This document shows, one piece after another, positions 60,383 through 64,000 of a stretch of 64,000 bases of DNA. A model generated the notes under the pieces. It had not been told where the DNA came from, made no database searches, and worked only from the letters and a program-made list of their open reading frames with translations. How positions within the stretch are numbered: the first letter of the stretch is position 1; each line of letters opens with the position of its first letter. The translations under genes were made by a program, and so were the position numbers. This stretch comes from Macrostomum lignano. Taxonomy: Eukaryota. Location of the stretch: contig NIVC01000759.1 of NCBI GenBank assembly GCA_002269645.1, forward strand, positions 310,001 to 374,000, given 5' to 3'.

Positions 60383-60410
<28 letters not shown>
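60383..60410. repeat. (CA)n microsatellite
   Basis: Direct inspection. Confidence 0.9.
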
Positions 60411-61009
60411 TCCCAATTAAAACACGCAAATGACAAACATAAAACAGCAGTGGAAACAATAAATGGATGTAATAAAAAGTGCTAAATATTGCTCAAAAGA
60501 AAGGAAAATAAAAAAGGTCCATTGCCTGACACCAATTGGAAAAATGTGCGTTAAAATAGCTATATCAGATTCAGCACAAATGTTGCCAACGAAGTGAGCG
60601 ATGATGAAATTACCGGTATGAGCAAAATGACAGGTTTGTAACGAAACACGACTAAAAAACATGAGAATGTAATTACATGGGCTATGACAACATAGCAATT
60701 ACACTTCAGCATGTTGAACGTATTACAAAAGCTATCAGATAGTTTAAAAGAGCAATAAAGCAAATAACTACGAGTACATTTTAAGTCATGCGATATTTTA
60801 AGTAAATCAAAGCCTATGCGTTAGTTTAAAATAAATTTGAATATGCTCATAAACAATAATATAAGATTGGAAAATTTCGAGAAATTTAATGTCGATAAAC
60901 GTAAGTATGAAAAAAATGAATTAGACTGGCTTGATTATGGATAGCAATAAATGATGTAATCGTCGTAAGTCGTTCAAATAAATGTTAATGATGCATCCCT
61001 CACGTTTAG

Positions 61010-64000
61010 TCACTGTTGAAGATCTGGAGGCCGCTTCCTCTTCCGGGATGGTGCATCAGATTGGCCAAGACGGAAGTGGCCGAACGGGAGGCTGTCATTT
61101 GCGCTGATCCAGGCCCGTTTGTCTTCCCAGATGGTGAGGGCTCGCTTCCTCTGTCGAACTGTGAACACTTCATGTCGATGGCTTGCAATTCGGTGTGTAA
61201 CAACATCAAGCGTCTTCAATGACTCAAATGCAGCAACATAGTCCGCATGATTAATTTGCTGCTTCAGTACGGCTCTCTGAATTCCTTTTGCGCCCTTCTT
61301 ATGAGCGGAAGCGGCGGAGCTTTGAAAACTGTACAGTTTTGGTCGGAGGAGAATCCACTCTTTGTACTCAATTCCGCAGGATTCATCCTTGACACAACCG
61401 AGTTTGGCTTTTAACTCTGTAGACTTAAGCGGGTGTCCGTCAACATAGTTTGATGTGTCAAGAATCCGCCTTTTGATTAACTCTGGCAGGAACTCTTGCA
61501 CAGGGTCAATATTCCTGATGCAAAGGAAAAAAGAATCTATGTCACCTCCACAGAGCTGTAGCCGAACTTTCTCGTCTTCAAACCACGGTTTAAGTTTGTT
61601 GTACCACAGCGAATACATAAACAACTTAGATAGATCAAGGACGCACTGACCTATGTAAATTGGTCTGTCCAGGCACACGGTTGTTTTGCTCAGCTCAAAT
61701 ATGCTCAAGTCCTGGTTGATGATAATGACTTCTTTTAAATTGGGCTTTGAAGCCAAAATCCTGGCCTTTACCTCGGAATTGCAGATTCTGATCAATCTCC
61801 GTTTACTGACGTTTTCCATCGCCTTTCCAAATACCGAATTAATCTTGAGCTTGTAGTAGAACTTCTCAAACTCTGACTTTGATGCAATCCTTCGCTCAGT
61901 ATTCTTGCGAATGTAAGGATCCAGGATAGCAGCCTGCGAGAACTGTATTGCTCGCTAAAATTTAGCGACTAGCATTCCCTGCTCAATGTAGAATTTCAGA
62001 GTTCTGCTGTGAACGACGTAGCTCTGCTTGTCAAAGCAAGTTAGCAACAGTTTTTTACAACTATTATAGTTATGGCCATCTGGATTCAAACGTTGCCATA
62101 GATCTTGCATGAACTCTGGAAAGTCTGCAAACTCCAGTTGGGATTTCTCCGGTGCCAGTGGCAAGTCACTCGTTTTGTCATGAATTTCGGGTGGGCAAAT
62201 CAGGTCAACCTCGACCAGAAATGCTGTTGGCGCATCGTCTGGGTGATTCAAAATAGTGGCATCAGTCCAAGTCATCAGTTCTTCAGGCTCAACCCACTTG
62301 AATTCTTTGTAGGGCAGCTGCATTGATAGCGCAACACCGTAAAGATTATTGACATCAAGAGGAATGAGTGATGCTGACTCATTTGCTGACTTCTCCATCG
62401 CCACCTGATGTACATTAACAAAACACATACCACCACGAATACCTTCTTCAAACATCCTATACATTGTGTTGTCAGTTAGTACCAGTAGCTCCAGCTTGAC
62501 TCCAGTACTTTTCAAAGCCGAAGAGAAGGATAATCCAGGAGTGGATATGAAGTGGACTGGATCTAATCCATCATCTAGAATACTAAGACGCCTGAACGAC
62601 TCAAAGACATCAGCAAGCTGCCTAACATCAAGCTGGAGGTAAGCAAGCATGTAGTCTTTTAAATTCGCTGCACCAAATTCATCCCATGCCCTCCTCGCTC
62701 GTTCATACTGCTCGGTGGTGCATTCACTCTTTGAGAGGGTGCTGAAAAATTCCTGACGAGGTGGTAGCTCGTTTAGCTCCAAGTCAGCTGTGCTTTGTAC
62801 AAACTCATAGGGAAAGACACCTTTGGCTTCAAGAGTGACATCAGTGAGAGTGGGATAGAACTCCTTTAGGGATTCGGTGTGGATTCGTTCATCCTTCGGT
62901 AAATCTCTAATAGGAGAGTTTAAACTGCTGCTGAGAAATTGGAAAGAGTCCAAAAATTGGATCGTGGCATAGAGTGGCACAGTTTTTCCTTGAATAACGA
63001 CTTCATTAACTTGCACTTCGGCGGTTAGAGACAGGCATTTCTCTGTCGTAATTGGTACAACACTTAGACGCCAGTGCCTCATTTTTCCCAGTGCTACAGA
63101 AAAGAGAAAATGCATGTCGTAGTTCTTTAGGTTATGGAACAGAACAGGTAAATAGCGTCGCTTTAGCTGAGCAGCAATGTTACACTTGGAGCATGCAGCA
63201 CCTCGAAATTCACCAGACAGGTGATCATGATCCCAAACCTTTAAAATGGTGTCCTCATTGAACTTCTCATGACAGTAATAGCACGTATCGGCTGCTTCAA
63301 ACAGGCTTTGAGCGTTTGGATCAATAATCTTCGGCTGATAACTGTGGCTCCTGTTCCACTCATAAATTTCGCGCGCAAGCTGTTCAAGAGAAAGAAGAAG
63401 TTGCTCAATGCAGTTCTCTGTCGAAGAGGCTGTAAAGGCTTCATACATTGATTTGGAGTCTCTGAGTGCAGGTCCTTTAACACCTGCTCTTTGGACAATC
63501 AGATACCCAGCAGCTGCTGGTGTATGATGAGAAATTTTTTGTAGCCCTGCTGGAATTTCAGTGTTCATGGGAACATTGAAGGACTCCAAATCTGCATAAA
63601 CTACAAATGGTGGAGAAACTGTTTTCTCATAGCTCGTAAAGGACATTATGCTCTTTTCTTTGGTGGGCATAATCTCTTTCACCATACAGCTGTTTGATTG
63701 GTAACAATCTTCACGATGAGCACTAAGACGCTCAGTAGATTTGAAACCTGTCAAGCATCTCTCGCACCATTTTCTCTGGTGCAGTCCATCATGACTATTG
63801 AGCAGACGGTTGAGATTTACAATCCCACACCAATGTCCTTTTTCAGAGTTGTTGGCTTTTGAAAAAAGTAGCAGTGGAACTACGATTCTTCCTTCGGCGA
63901 CTTCTACCTTTGGCTGTCTTAAAACTTCCACTGTTCCATTCTTCCACGTCAGCACAGTGAAGCACACGTTAGAATTTCTTTTCTCAACTTGTTCAAGGCT
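61010..64000 (-). pseudogene. polB: Protein-primed family B DNA polymerase (pPolB) with one in-frame stop; 5' end outside the window
   Basis: Exo VYADLES, FHNLKNYD, LDSFQF; inserted CxxC...DHDHLSG.FRG.AC.KCN domain; Pol motifs LDVNNLYG, KLKINSVFGK, GDIDSF; TAG at 61955-61957 in frame with both halves. Confidence 0.95.

Larger units (their letters stand above)
52250..64000. mobile_element. Polinton/Maverick (adintovirus-like) element 2, decayed, running off the window
   Basis: Colinear integrase, penton, core, MCP, protease, ATPase, conserved ORFs and a convergent pPolB; left boundary approximate, TIR not identified. Confidence 0.93.

Overview
Eukaryotic (animal) genomic DNA with GC-rich exons in an AT-rich, satellite-dense background. 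The style resembles a free-living flatworm such as Macrostomum, but this is an unverified inference. Host genes: two L27-domain exons of a discs-large (dlg1) gene on the minus strand, a large RING + SAFB/SLTM-type RRM exon, a tail-to-tail pair of disrupted GT-A glycosyltransferase-like genes, and a spliced gene joining 22 near-identical 71-aa double-ankyrin units to a caspase domain with an intact QACRG motif. Two unrelated Polinton/Maverick (adintovirus-like) endogenous viruses are present. (1) A fragment at about 32.4-37.0 kb has double-jelly-roll major and minor capsid genes, palindromic tandem arrays, a hammerhead-like motif and an RNase T2-like ORF, and is cut by Penelope-like retroelements. 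(2) A near-complete but decayed element from about 52.3 kb to the window end has integrase, penton, core, MCP, protease, ATPase and pPolB, plus a TATA-binding-protein homolog and a PC4-like protein. Also present: Penelope-like elements with minimal hammerhead ribozymes, MITEs with clean TSDs, a TRIM-like LTR element, Gypsy and Tc1 remnants, and many micro/minisatellites. Best candidates for undescribed biology are the Polinton carrying its own TBP + PC4, the hypervariable ankyrin-caspase, and the TATA-hammerhead-palindrome-array module beside the first viral fragment. No searches or folding programs were run; homology calls rest on motif recognition.
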